A DNA stretch of 64,000 nt from the NCBI RefSeq assembly GCF_009914755.1, contig NC_060932.1; one strand, given 5' to 3'. Position 1 is the first letter of the stretch. Every line of letters begins with the position of its first letter. A program made the translations under genes and the position numbers. The notes under the pieces were generated by a model. The model worked only from the letters and a program-made list of their open reading frames with translations. It did not search any database and was not told the origin of the DNA. This DNA comes from the human T2T-CHM13v2.0 reference genome, Homo sapiens. This document shows, in pieces, positions 31,227 to 45,349 of this stretch.

Positions 31227-31485
31227 CAATTCAGGTCATACATTTCAATCCCTGTATCTTTAACCTCCTTGTTTAAGCTTGTCTCTTCCAGAATCAAAGC
31301 TGTAAAACTACAAATCGTTCTTCAAATGAAACCCTAGATGCAGTCCATGAGTAAGATCTACCGCAGACCCCTGGACCAGCCTGCTAGCCCATGCTCCAAT
31401 GTTAATGACATTGAAGGCATCCCTCCCGAGGAAATCTCAACTGTACAACCCCTACTACGCCCCAGTTCAGCAGGAAGCAGTTAAG
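31221..31485 (+). pseudogene. HERV-W env remnant (about 35-nt SU island plus TM cytoplasmic tail)
   Basis: VSSRIKAVKLQIVLQM, then ...RRPLDQPASP... and PLLRPSSAGSS, syncytin-like C-terminus. Confidence 0.85.
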
Positions 31486-31543
31486 AGCAGTCGTTGGCCA
31501 ACCTCCCCAACAGCACTTGGGTTTTCCTGTTGAGAGGGGTGAC

Positions 31544-31870
31544 TAAGTGATGGGACTAGCTGGATTTCCTAAGTCGACTAAGAATTCCTAAGCCTAGCTG
31601 GGGAAGGTGACCGCATCTACCTTTAAACACGGGGCTTGTAACTCAGCTCATACCCGACCAATCAGGTAGCAAAGAGGGTTCACTAAAATACAAATTAGGC
31701 TAAAGCAGGAGGTAAAGAAATACTCAAATCATATATCACCTGAGAGCACAGGGGGAGGGACAATGATCGGGATATAAACCCAGGCATTCAAGCAAGGAGG
31801 GGCAACCCCCTCTGGGTCCCTTCCCATTGTATGGGATCTCTGTTTTCACTCTATTAAATCGTGCAACTCC
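31544..31870 (+). mobile_element. LTR17 3' partial LTR (U3-R)
   Basis: Follows PPT gagaggggtgac; CCAAT (gaccaatcag), TATA (gatataaacc ~31772) and polyA signal ATTAAA at 31853-31858. Confidence 0.92.
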
Positions 31871-33799
31871 AAAAAAAAAAAAAAGTGTTATTTACATTTC
31901 AGAGAGCAATTCTTTAGTAATTTGCTCTTCTGATGCATTTTCAATATTTAGTTTGTTTAAAAAATTGATGTTTTAAGTCTTTTCCTGTAATAATGTTCTG
32001 AGAGGCTGCTTTTTAAAGTCACATTTCACTTAATAATTGATAAACAATCATCGAGTTATTCACATATGAGAGAAAAAGAAAGAGATCGTTCACTTAGAGC
32101 TCTCTGTGCACATGAAACTCTACTAAGCACTTAACATCTTCTGTCTCATTTATGCCTCATGTCAAACTATGAGATAAGTCTTATTGTGTCCAATTTACTT
32201 ATGTGACCCATAGCAGCAAAGTAGCTTATCTAAGATTATATGGTGGTATGTGGCTAAGCTTTAATTCAAAGGTTTTCCCAATTTTAGGCAACAAACAAAT
32301 GTCTGACTTCACCATTAAAAAAACTAAGCCAAACCACAGCAAACTAAAACAAAACAAAGCCCTCAATAAAAGAATCACCTACCTTTGAGTGGCTCTAACT
32401 TCCTGGTGGGCTTTCCAACATAAACTGCAAACTCTATGAGTTTGTTGCACAGGATTCTTATCTACACATCAGTTTTTTTATGGATCACCCACCCCATCAT
32501 ACATTTTTGCAACAAATATTATACATACTAAATTTTAAAATATTGTTTTTAATGCTCATGACATCACATTCTTAAAAATGTTTTTCTGAGACAGATTATT
32601 GTTAAATTATCACAATCATTAGTTGCAAACAATTGAGTAAAACCAAATAAATGCATTACACATTGTGATATATTACTCTTAAACCTAAAAAGTAAAATTT
32701 ATAGTAATTTAATCTCATAATAAGATCTATGGAACGGGATGGCACCATGCCTTGATGAAAACATCATAACAAACACAAATATTTGAATCTCTACTTTTTT
32801 CTCCCCAGCCAAGAGATTTTTATACCTTGAGACAATAGTAAGATTCAATGAGAGTTGGAATATTGTGAAAGATGAAGTAGGAAAGACTCCTTGGCACACG
32901 AGCATGTTTTTGTGCTAACAATGTTAGAAAAAAAATAAAGTCTATAAAAGTTGAGAGCCCAAAACCTGATTACCTTCACCCTATCCTCTGTGTATCCTCC
33001 CAGGGCAGCATAAACCCAATTTTGTATTCCATTTTTTTCTAAAGACTTTTTTACCCCGTCCTAAGCCTCCATGCCCAATTAAATTTTAATTGTGTGACCT
33101 TCCACAAAAAGAATTAAATATTAACGCTTGAATGTATTCCATCCAGTATACTTCACAGCAATGCCATCTGCTGTTATGTGGTTCAGCATCCATACTTTCT
33201 GCATTTCCAGACTTTCCTTTTGTTCTTCCAAGGCAAATTGATCGCTTTCTCCTCCCTCAAATGTAATCTTCACTTCCCTGTCTCCGTGCCTTAACCCACA
33301 CCTCCACCTTCATTCCCCCCATCCTACTGAGCATACACCCAAAAGTCTATTCTTCCTGAAGACTGACATCCACCTCATTCTCCAAACAGTGGGCCAAGTA
33401 CCACCACCTTCAAGTCTTCACAGAACAATACGGGGACAACGGTAGGACAACTCCTTCCTTTCTGAAGTCCAGCAAGTCCCAAAGTTCTTACCATCCTTCT
33501 TTATCTCATCTTTATTGTTAATAGTCTCAATTACATTTGTGTGTGTGTGCGTGTGTGGACGCATGTGTGTGAATGTCCTCAGTTTCACCACAATGCATCC
33601 CTAAAAGCCATATTGGGAAGCAGATTGTCATCAAGCCCATTTATGTTTTCCACCTGGCACCATGCACTACTCTAAGAACATGGAGGGATATATAAATCAT
33701 AGATGAGACCAACCGTGTGCCATAAAACCAAACAATAGAAAACCTCTAAATCTCAAAAAAAAATTTGGAAAAAAATTAAACTATAGTTAAGCCATAAAG

Positions 33800-33990
33800 T
33801 TTCAGAGTTGGAATAGATCTTAGAGTTCCCAGAAAAGCCCCTGATTTTACAGATGGGGACTTTAAGACATAAAGAGGGTGAAGAACTTGTCTTCAATCTC
33901 AGAGCTGAGATATGATGGAAATGGAACTCAAGCACAGCTCTGTTGACAGGCAGACCAAAGCTCTTTCCAGTATATTCTCTGCCCTGTTAT
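33800..33990 (-). mobile_element. MIR
   Basis: gattttacagatggggactttaagac. Confidence 0.6.
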
Positions 33991-34555
33991 AAATACCTAT
34001 TAAAAGGGGCATACTTTACACACTGATTATTTAAGGACACTTAATATGCAATAAAGTATTCATCTACCATAAAAATAAAACTATTGAACAATAAATCTAA
34101 AACCAATATACTCACCATAATAAACATTAAACAAACAACACAAATAAAAACCCAAGGATGAGCTCCTTGAGAGTGGCAGCCAGCCATTCCTTGGTGCTCA
34201 AGAGTGCCTGGCACACCAGAGTTACACACATTGGGTGGATGAACCCACAGTCCATGTGCCAGCCTCCTTAGGCTCTCCCCATGGCTAGTTGCTAGAGCTA
34301 TAAAATCTATCCAGGGGAAATCTAAACACGCTTTCCCTTCCCCATAAATATCCCAGTAGCATGCAGAGATAATCCAAACATTAGTTGATCATTTAGTTCA
34401 AAGATTAATTTGCAGCATCTAAAAATTTGAAGCTGTCACTTAAGAACTTAGTTGACATGGTTTAGAGCTATAGTTCTAAACATATGGGGAGTTTTGAAAA
34501 CAACTTCCTCAATCTTCACTAATTGAATCAGAATCTCAAGAGTGGGATATCAGCA

Positions 34556-34872
<317 letters not shown>

Positions 34873-35189
34873 TCATTCTTTTTAAAAATGTACATGCTTT
34901 AATAATATTTCTGATACACTGTGAACATTGAGTTGTTTGGAGTCTACACGTTTTGTCAGTTAGGTTCTCACTTCTTTTTTTCTTTATATTTTCTGCCAAA
35001 TTGATAGAATTCTTCAGCTTCAAATAACAGAAACTCAACCTACACTAATTTACACACAAAGAAGAATGTGCTTACATAACTAAGGTCAGGAGTAAAACTA
35101 AAACTGGCCTCAGGTGCAGGGGTCAATGCCCTCAGGGGTCTTTTGATCCCTCCACCTATTCTGAGTCCCTCTCCCATGTGCTGTAGTCT

Positions 35190-36762
35190 CTTGCTTGTTT
35201 CCCAGCTTAAATTCCATGGCCAATCATCATAATCATTCCCTGGCTCTCTCTCTCAACTGCGTTCTCCTTCTCATTCTACATGAAGCTTATAGACAAAACT
35301 ATAACTCCATTAGCACAATCCTCTGCCTGCTCCATACTTTGCCCATGCAGCTGAACATGGACAGAGAAAAACATACAATCTTGCTGGTGTCACTTAAAAT
35401 TAATGACCACAAACCTGGGGTGACCCTGCATCCTGTCCAGCAATCATACCATATTCCCTACTCCATTCACTCATCCACTTTCCTGGACAAGTAATGTACA
35501 CCTTCCCTTCTTTCCCCAAACTCCTAAGACCTCATCCCACATGTCACTCTCATAAGATGACCTTGCTTCCTATTTGATAAGAAAATTGAAGCAATCTGAA
35601 GAGAATTTTTACAGACTCTCAGCACCACCATCATCCACCAACTAGCTTTGCACACCATGCCTTCCTTTACTATCTTTTTCTATGAAGGAAATAATCCATG
35701 CCTCTGCCTAAACCCAACCCTCCTCTCATATGCAAGATCCCATCTCTGATGGCTTGGCATATATTCATCCATTTGTCTGGGTCACATTGCCCAGATATTT
35801 GGTTAAACATTAGTCTGGATATTTCTGCAAGGGTGTTTTGGATGAAATCAACTTTTAGCTCCATGGACTTTGAGTAGGACAGATTGTCCTCTAGAGTGTG
35901 AGCCAGCCACATCCAATCAGTTGAAAACCTGAATAGAACAGAAAGAAGTTCCAGGAGCAGAAAAGAATCCTGCAGCCAATGGCCTTGAGACTTGAACTGC
36001 CGCACTAACTCTTCTCTGAGTCTCCAGTGCTCTGCCTCACCCTGCAGATTTTGGACTTGCCAGCCTCAGTAATCATGTGAGCCAATTTCTTACAGTTTTC
36101 TTATGCACACACAGGCGCACACGCACACACACATCCTGTTGGTTCTGTTTCTCTGGAACCTACTTACAGGTGTCTGGCTTCTACCCTGTCTACTGCACAC
36201 CATTTCAGAACAAAAATCAAATTACCTGACTCCTCTTTTCCTATTCCTTCAATGGATCCCCATTTCATTAGGAATAAAAATCAAGCCTCACAATGGTCTG
36301 ATTTTCAGTAAATATGTAGTTCCCTCACTTCACTCCCACAACACTGGCCTCCTTACCATTTGTCAGGGACATCAAGCAACCCACCTTACTGTCCTTGCAC
36401 TGGCTGTACCCTCTGACTGGAATGCTTTCTCCACTGATATCCCATCTCCTCCTTCTCACTTTGTCCAATTATTTGCTCAAATATTACTTTCTCAGTGAGA
36501 GCTAATCTTACTACCACCCTACATAAAGTTACCACCAGTGCCACTTCCAGAACTCCAGATCCCTCTTACCCTGCTATATTTTTTCCACTGTGCATATCAC
36601 TGCCTATATGATAATCTATGTATTTATTGTGCTTTAAAATTAATATCTGCTTATAATGTGAGCTCCATAAGTGCAGATATTTTTTGTCTGTTTTGTTCTC
36701 TGGTATTTTCCAAGCATCTAAAACAATGCCTGGTATATATTTGAAACTCAGAATGAATGATG
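35190..36762 (+). mobile_element. L2a, interrupted by MLT2
   Basis: gatgaccttgcttcctattt...gaagcaatc; tail atttgaaactcagaatgaatga. Confidence 0.75.
35745..36168 (+). mobile_element. MLT2 (ERVL) LTR
   Basis: gcccagatatttggttaaacattagtctggat...catccaatcagttgaaaacctgaatagaaca...ttggttctgtttctctgga. Confidence 0.85.
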
Positions 36763-37135
36763 ATGGTTTTCAGCTATATCCTCTTTGTTTTTTCTGCTCA
36801 TCAGCTTTAATTTCTTCTAATGTACACTTGTTTCTCTTTAGATAGGGCAAATAGCTGCAAACTATTCCCAGGCTCATATCTTTACAGCTTCAGGATCGCA
36901 GATAAATGGGATCTTCCCTATCAATTGCAGTTTGAAAAAATCCAAAGTAAAATATTTTTAGGTCACACGCCTACTCTTCAGCTTTCCAATGTGCATGTTT
37001 ACAATTGCAAAAAATAACAGTACAACAGGGTATCCCATAGACACTGTACATTCAAAATGTTCAACAAAGTAGGCTTATTCTGTTAGCCCCAAACCTCATC
37101 TTCTTATACTGTCTCTGTCTTGTTGAATAACCCAG

Positions 37136-37538
37136 TGCCTCAGTCCATTTTCTGTTGCTATAACAGAATACCACAGACTGGGTTACTTACAAAGAAAAGA
37201 AGTTTATTAATCTCACAGTTCTGGAGGCTGAGAATTCTATCAGCATGGCAATGGTATCTGGTAAGGGCCTTCTAGCTCTGTCATAACATGGTGGAGGGCA
37301 TCACATGGCAAGAAGGCAAGAGCAAGAAAGCCAGAGAGAGCTCACTTTTATAACAAATCCACTCTCACAATAAATAACCCACTCCCATGGCAGTGACATT
37401 TATCCATTCACGAGGCCAGAGCCCTCATTAATCCATCAGTCCATTCATGAGGACAGATGCAACATTAAGTCATACGTAAGGGAAGTGGGATTAAGTTTCT
37501 AACACATGACCTTTGGGGGATACATTCAAACCATAGCA
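37136..37538 (-). mobile_element. MST (MSTB/C-like) solo LTR inserted in L2
   Basis: Termini tgcctcagtccatttt ... cattcaaaccatagca; 5-bp TSD cccag/cctag. Confidence 0.88.
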
Positions 37539-39009
37539 CCTAGTACGGTCCTTCATATCAGAAGCCTAGTTCATCCTTATACCTTCCCTCTCTCCCACCT
37601 TTTTCCCACATCCAGTCCAACACCAAGTCCAGTAAGTCTGACTCCTAACAATTTCTCCCATCTAGCTAAATTATCAGCAATTGTTTTTCTGTGGCTTATC
37701 ACTATCCTGATTACCTAGCATATCATGTAATGGAATTTCTGGATTATTTACGTACCTCTATAGATTTAGGGTTCTTTGAGGACAGAAACTGACTTTCATC
37801 TCTATGTAACCAGTAGCTAACAAAGCATGTATATAGTAGGTAGCCAATAAATACTTGTTGACTTGAACTGAAAGGAAGACACAAATGGAAAGACTAATAG
37901 ATTAGGAAGCTGGATATTGGGGTATCAACAGTCCCTTTCTTTTGCCTTAGTGATTGTTGGAAAAGTCATGTCAATAGGAACAGTTGTTACTAGTAGCCTT
38001 AACTCTCCTCCTTGTGCAAGTCACAACTTCAGGGGATCAAGTAAAAAAAAACTACATATAAAAACACTGACAAATCTTGAATTTGTTAAGCAACCTTGAA
38101 TTAATAGAACACATAAGTGTGAACATTGGGAGAGGGGTATAAACAGGTCCCATATTTATACTAGTCTTTGTAACTCGGCTATAACCCCCTTAGTGGCAGA
38201 AATCGGAGCTTATTATCATTTCTACTTGCCTCACGGTTTCCCATTGCAGGAGTTCAATAAGTATTTACTGAATAGTGCATATCTGCTTTCCTTCAAGGGT
38301 CTGGGCAATAAAACATTTCCAAAATCAACTGTTTGCCTCCAAAACTTCTTCTATCCTCAGAGGTAAAATAACTTGTGAGAAGTCTCACCTCAAGTAAGTA
38401 AGGGAGCTAGTATTCAAACACCTCCTTAACTCTGATTCTAAAGCCCTGCTCTTTAGCACTCTGCCATATCTTGACCTGACACATTCCAAACAAGTATAAA
38501 TATAGATGGTCAAATATCTTACCTTCTCTGTTTCCTTTCTGTAACAAGAGTTTCATCCAAATTGTTTTTACAAATGGTTTTCTTGTCTCTGAACTGAGTT
38601 CCAATCTGATCTGAGTTCTTGTCTCTGATTTAGATCTCCAAATATCCTTAGTAAATAAATTCCATAAAAAAAAACACTCTAATTCTCTGAAATAGCATTG
38701 CTCCAGTCTTCAGATATGAGATGTTTTTCATGGCCTGAACTCACTCTAGGATTCAGCATCTTGTGATCCTTATACAGTGAGTCTTGAAACTATTGTTCTT
38801 GTTTGACAGGCAGTCTAAGAGGAATTCCAAATAACCACCTTAGCTCCAACTAAAGTGGAGCCAATGAGTTATATTCCTTATAGTAAACTGTGTATTCTCA
38901 GGTTTCTCGGCATTTTGGGAACTAATAATGACTATAAAGAAAATAGTCCACAGGCTTTGTTTTCCATGTTATGATTGGGCATTGATTTTATTTAAGGATA
39001 GTTCTTTCC

Positions 39010-39500
39010 TTAGTTACTAATGTATTACTTGTTGATGACCTACAATGTGCCAGACATTTTTCTAGGTGCTGAGGACAGAGAGATGAGTAAAAAATAGACC
39101 TTGATTATCATATTAGTTGCTGACATACTGGCCAGAGGAGATAATATATATTAACTGATAATTATAATACATTGTGATGTGAATTCTGACGTGCTGTGGG
39201 AACCTAGGGGAAGAGACAGTGAACTTTGTCTGGGAGAGAGCTGGGAAAATTCCACAGAGGTAGAGCATTTATGCTGAAAAGAAGGGTACCATCATGAAGT
39301 CAGAAAAAGGCATGGTGTGTTTGAGGACAGGCACATTTCACATAGCAGAAATGTATGTGATTTGGGGGGGTGGTAAATGTGAGAATAGTAATGTCCTTGT
39401 GGAATCATATCATTCCCAAATGATTATCTGGTTCAGCTTCTTCATTTACAGATGAGAAAACTGAGCCTTAGAGAAAGTTAGTGACAAATGTTGTCATGCC
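39010..39500 (-). mobile_element. L2 fragment followed by MIR
   Basis: acctacaatgtgccagacattttctaggtgctgaggac; catttacagatgagaaaactgag. Confidence 0.7.
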
Positions 39501-40137
39501 ATTTCCTCTGCTGTGGGTGCTCCATTAATGCTTACTTCATAAACAGCATGGTCCTACTTTTTCTCTTTCAATAAGGAGATGTATTCTTAGTTATTTTATA
39601 GACCTGGTTGTAACTGTAGCATTCCAGTGAAGACCTGGAAACAGTAGTTCGAAGAGGAAAGTGCTTACTGCCATTGATGCTTCTTTACTTGATCTTACCA
39701 ATGTTTCACAGACCCTGCAAAAAGTATGCTCTGGACAGAGCCCAAATTCTGGTCCTTTTCTAAAGTCATCCTTTGACAGAAATGCCGTCTCTGCATGTTT
39801 CTTGCTTGTTTTTCCTTTTGTTGATAATTATCTGTTCTAAAGAAGGAGGTCAGTTTGCAAATGCATCTATGCATATCCTAAATACAATTAGAAAACTTTA
39901 AGTTGCTGACAAATAAAGAACAACCAATTTTTCAGGATTAAATAATCTAGCATTATTATCAATTTGTCACACACAGGGCATGAGATGTCCCACAAATTTG
40001 ATTATCCTAAAATACTTTTAAACCCTCTTGCCCTATCATATAAACACAGCACTTGAGACAATTCAATCGTGTTCCTTTTTATAAGAAACTAATAAACATG
40101 AAATGAGGAGAGGCATTACTCAGATGTGCTTTAGCAA

Positions 40138-40645
40138 GGGGTGGGGTTTAGCATATGCTCCCCCACAATATGGCAGCATGGCATTTGAGAAAACAGCAGA
40201 AGCAGCAAAGTCACTCTCATCTTCCCCTCCTTTCTTCTCCCCAAAGCAGGTCGTAAGACCTAGCTGCCCTTCCTCTAAAGGAGGTCATAAGACTTTAATT
40301 CCAGAGATACCCTCCCTACACCCAGAGGAAAGGAACAACCTTATCCTCAAAGACACAGAGATGCCAAGAAGAATCTGAACAGGACTTGCAAAGTGCCCTT
40401 CAGTTTAGATAATACCTCCTTGGTTCAATCATACTTTTGCACAATTGTCTACTCTTCATCAAACTTGTCAGAAAAATACATAGAATTTCCTGTTCCTTTG
40501 GGTCTTTATTTCTGAAGGGTCCTGTGTCATATCAAACTTATACTAAATAAATGTGCATGCTTTTTTCTTGTTAATATATCTTTTGTTATTGGGATCTCAG
40601 CCATGAGCTTAGCAATAGGTGAGGAAAGACATCTTCTCTATTATA
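40138..40645 (+). mobile_element. MER39-like ERV1 solo LTR
   Basis: aatatggcagcatggcatttgagaaaacagcagaagcagcaaagtcactctc...aaataaatgtgcatgcttttttcttgttaat. Confidence 0.75.
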
Positions 40646-41688
40646 GATCCATCATGTAAAAAGTAAACCCAGGTAGGGTCATTTTGTAAAAAAAAAAAAA
40701 AAAAAAAAAATTAGAGGTGATTAAATACAAAAGGTGAGTAAGCATAATTAGCAAAGACATGAAGGGTAAGATGGGATTTTTGGCATATAACATGAGCACT
40801 ATTTACAGAGCTGCTACCCAGAAATTTCATAGCAATAGCACTTACGCTATTTAATGCAATAGTTTATTTCTCTAGTAAAAAATATGCTCAAGCCTCAGCT
40901 AGGAAATTAACCACTTAAGTTTTTTCCCCATTTTTGTCTAATTAAGAAGTTGAAAACAATATTCAATGTAGCATAAAGGAATGCAGGTCAATTTGAGCCC
41001 TAAAATGAATAAAATCTGAGTAGCAAAATATGGCATATCATGGACCACGTGCCGACTATTTATTATTTATTGATGCAAAAGAAACAGCCCGAATCACATT
41101 GTCATTACAACTTTATTACATAGACCCTAGGAATGTTGTTAAATCTTATCTTCTGCACTTTACTAGTTAAAACGTGTTACCCATGGAATAAGTTAGAAAA
41201 CTATATAATGGCCATGTTATCTATAACCCAAAGACTCCATCCACCTGCAGCGGGTTTCATCTCCAAGTCTCTGCTTCTGAAAACTTAAAGAGCCAAATTG
41301 TATGGTAACTCTAGAGATTAAAATAATCAGGGCAAATTCCATAAATGGATATGGAGAATTTCAGTATAGGAAAAAAAAAACACTGATTTGAATCAATTTC
41401 TGTAAAAAAATAAAATTTTCAAAGACTTTATTTTTGGATTCTTTCCCTTAAAAAGTAAGAGTCAGTTTAACTTTAAAATATGTCTTCTTTTTAAAATTGT
41501 GGGTATTATGCCATATACTATTGCCTGCAAGTACATCAGAGTCATAAATGCTTTGGTCAAAAGTCCTTACCCTTCTTCAGTTGACTGGTGATTTCATATG
41601 TTCTAGGAATATTTTTATCTTTTGGCATGATGCTCTACACCATATGGTACAACACACTGAGAAGCAAAAAGGGTAGAACTAGTTTGAA

Positions 41689-41720
<32 letters not shown>

Positions 41721-41800
41721 ACACACATATATTTATACATGTGTGTGTATATGTAGTGTATGTATATACATATACTACATATACACACATATACATGCAT
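41689..41800. repeat. (TA)n and RY-alternating simple repeat
   Basis: Pure (AT)n followed by mixed TA/TG/CA. Confidence 0.9.
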
Positions 41801-44800
41801 GTAAGTGAAAGAATCTGCATGCATGACTGCAAAGAAATATAAGGACAAAGTTTTGCATTCTGTATTCAGTGCTAAGATTCTTTGCCCATGTGAAAAAGGT
41901 CATTCAAAATCCAAAACAAGATTAAAAGTTTGCTATAGACCTGAAAGCAACAAGAGACATATCAGGAACCACTATGTTTTGGTACATAAAGTAATATTTG
42001 AACTGTCTGTAACACTTTCTCATTCAATATTTAATGCTGCTACTCTAAGTGCAATAGTAACTGCAGCGATGACACATGCAACAGCTTGCATAATCCATTT
42101 AGGAAGGATTGTTAAGATGAGAAACACACTAAACTGTCTATAATTAATTCCCAGGGGGTGAAAATATCCTTCCCCTTTGATTCCAGGTTCCTTCAATCTG
42201 GTTTTACTTTTGAAAACAAATCTTGAATCAAATTTTACAAGTTTTCAGAAAGACTGAGATGTGACTCTTGCCTGGCTACTACCCTTATGTCACAAGGCAA
42301 CTTCCTGCATCTTCTCTCCTGCTTTCCATTGCATCTGACATAGGGCAGTCTAGGCACACAGTAGACCCCAAACCTCTACTAAGCCAGTAAGCAAGTGGAT
42401 GCAATAGCCAGTAAATGGGATAGAGCAAAAAAGGCATTTGCCAATGTTGACCGTCAAGTGTGGCTTTCACACAATCTAGTGCAAGAAGGAGACAGCAGAC
42501 CATTTTTGCCTGCTTTGTTCTTAAGCTTAATATATTCTTTTTAAAAAGTCCAAATGTGTGTAAATGTGTGTATTCATATCATACTTACATTTCTTCTAGC
42601 AATGCTTAAAATGTACTAGCTCTTAATATTTTCATTTTTAGTAAAGGGGGAGTGCAAATGTAAGAACATTGTTTTAAGAGAGATTTAAAAAGAATACAAA
42701 AAAGGAAAAAACTTAAGAAGTTAAGTTTGAAGTCAAACATTGTGAGTTTGAACTGCATCACATTAGAAACATTATTTAAATAAAACTGACTTTCAACCTC
42801 TATAAAATGAGGAAAGTTATCATAAGAGGATTCAATAAAATTCAATACAATAGTGAATATAAGACACTTTCCTCTATGTATAATAGGCTCATAGACAATT
42901 CTCAAAAGTGTTGGCCATCCCTATTACAAGTCAAAATCAATTCTATAATACTATATACTTACTGTAAAAAATATAAAAAGGAACCAACAATATTGGAGTA
43001 GCCAGTGCTAAAGTGACATCTACTTATTATCCAGAGAAGTTAATTCCTTTACATTCTAGCCCTAAAGGACAGCACTACTGAAATACAATACTACAACACT
43101 AAGTTCTCCATGCCAGTGACCCAACAGTAAGCCTCTTGCCTTCCTGGGATAAGATGATTTGAGTATTCATAGTTCTAAGATACAGCTAATAAAAAGCACT
43201 GCTTTCACCAGGACAACTTTGGTTTTTCAAACAGAAAACTAGTCTTTTAAATGGTTTATGAGCTCTCATCCTACTATTATTTGTTTCAAGTGTACTAACG
43301 ACCAAATGTGTGTAATTCTATGTGATTACCAAAAACAGGCGCAGCCCTTTCACAAAGGAGTTCCCATTTGTTAAACAGCACTATCTACCTATGCCAGGAA
43401 GCAGAATCTTAAGCACAGTTATACAAATCCAGTACCTAAACATGAAAGTCCAGTACCTAAACCTAAATATGTACTGTTATACATATTTTTAAACTGAATT
43501 TTCAGATGCAGGAATGTTAGAGGTCATCTGTACTTCAGTTACTGTGTGCAGTTAGGTTTATGCAAAACAAGTCGTTACACTAATATGTTCTCCATTTATA
43601 AAATATTCACAATTAGGTAAGCATTTGCTAATGAAATCTTCAGTTTTTAATGGAACTGCAGAAAATGTGGTTTTATGACATTAGGTTTCAATTTGTATGC
43701 AGTTTGTATTTTTGATATCAATATCTAGAACTCTAAAATATTCATATTGGAAAAAGATAACAATTACTGTACCAAACTATTTATTCATTCATTCACCCTT
43801 CATTCTTCTAACAAATATTCACTGAGAATCTACTCAGTGCCAGATACTATGCTAGGTGCTAAAACTAAAGTAAAGCTTCTAAAGTTTCTTCTTTATTAAT
43901 GTCAACTATTTAGGATGAAGTTATGAGGAGAAATGACAATGAATTTAAATCCTGTTATGGGTGTACTTTTGTTAGGCTTTCTATTATTTTTTATATTAAG
44001 CAATTATAGACTTAATTAATCCTTTCCACTTTCCTATATAAAAAAAAGATCCCATCCCAAATACTTCTACATTGAAAAAAATGCCAAACCCATAAAAATG
44101 AGCAATTCAGCTATAAAAATGCATGATATAATAGATGTCACCTTCTCTTATTCAACAAAGTAACTTTCTATAATTTTGTCCTTTGCCTTTCACAGAACAG
44201 TAACCTGGAGTAGTTTCAATGGGATTTTACTTTGTATAAAGCACAAAAACCTCCTACAAGAAGTTGTTAATTTTTCTTCTGCGGATGTGGCTCTCTCTAT
44301 TATTTTTGGGAAATCGGTGAAGTACAACTCCCATTCCCTTAGATCCCTTCAAATTCTCAGAGTCAAGCTCAGTTTTCTCCTCCAGGCTGCAGGCAACCAT
44401 AAGTAGGTATGCACCGGGTTTGGGCAAGAAAAAATCTCCTAACCAAATCATATCTGAGTCTCAATACCTTCAATGTCTGACTTATTTTCAAAACGATTTT
44501 TAAAATTCATGGAGTTGCTAGATGCATAACAAACATTCAAGACTTACTTGTGAATCTATGGGTAAGGAACACAGAAATCAATGCTAATCTGTGACCCCAT
44601 GATAATCTGTAAAATCTGAGACCAAAAATTCTCAAATGATGATGTATTAGCACAGTGGCAAAGGCACTGAGTATTTATTACAGAATGTTCACTTTCCATC
44701 CTGCTCCTCATAAGTAACCAGCAAAGTCCACCAAGGTCCAATCTCCCAATCTTTTTCACCCTTTGAACCTCCTTGCAAGAGGCAGTGTAGTTTAAGGCAA

Positions 44801-44824
44801 AGAACATGGGGAATATGGCCATTA

Positions 44825-45349
44825 CACTAGTTTTCTAAGAATGTTATAACAAATTACCACAAATTTAGGGGCTTAAATAACAAAAGTTCATTTTTTTTAC
44901 ATTTCTGTGGGCCAGAAGACATGGGCCTCACTGGGCTAAAAATCACAGTATTGGCAGGGCAGGTATGGCTGAATTCCTTTCTGGAGGCTCCAGGGAAAAA
45001 TCTGTTTCTTTGCCTTTTCCAGCTTCTAAAGGCTGCCTGCATTCTTTGGCTCAGGAAATACTTCATCCACCATCCATCTTCCAAGCCAGCAAAAGTCAAG
45101 TATTTCTCAAATCATATAACTCTGACCTCCTTTCTCTGCCTCCTGTTTCCAGTTTTAATAATCCTGATTCCACTGAGCCCTCTCAAAAACTGCAAGATAA
45201 TCCCCTATTTTAAGGTCAGCTGATTAGCAACCTTCATTCCTTCTGCAACCTTAATTCCCCTTTGCCATGTAACCGAACATATTCATAGGTTCTGAAGGTT
45301 AGAATATGGCTATCTCTGGAGCTGAGAAGGCTTTATTCTGCCTATCACA
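44825..45349 (-). mobile_element. MLT1D-like LTR, within a MIR
   Basis: ataacaaattaccacaaattt...tgattagcaaccttcattcc...ttattctgcctatcaca. Confidence 0.85.
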
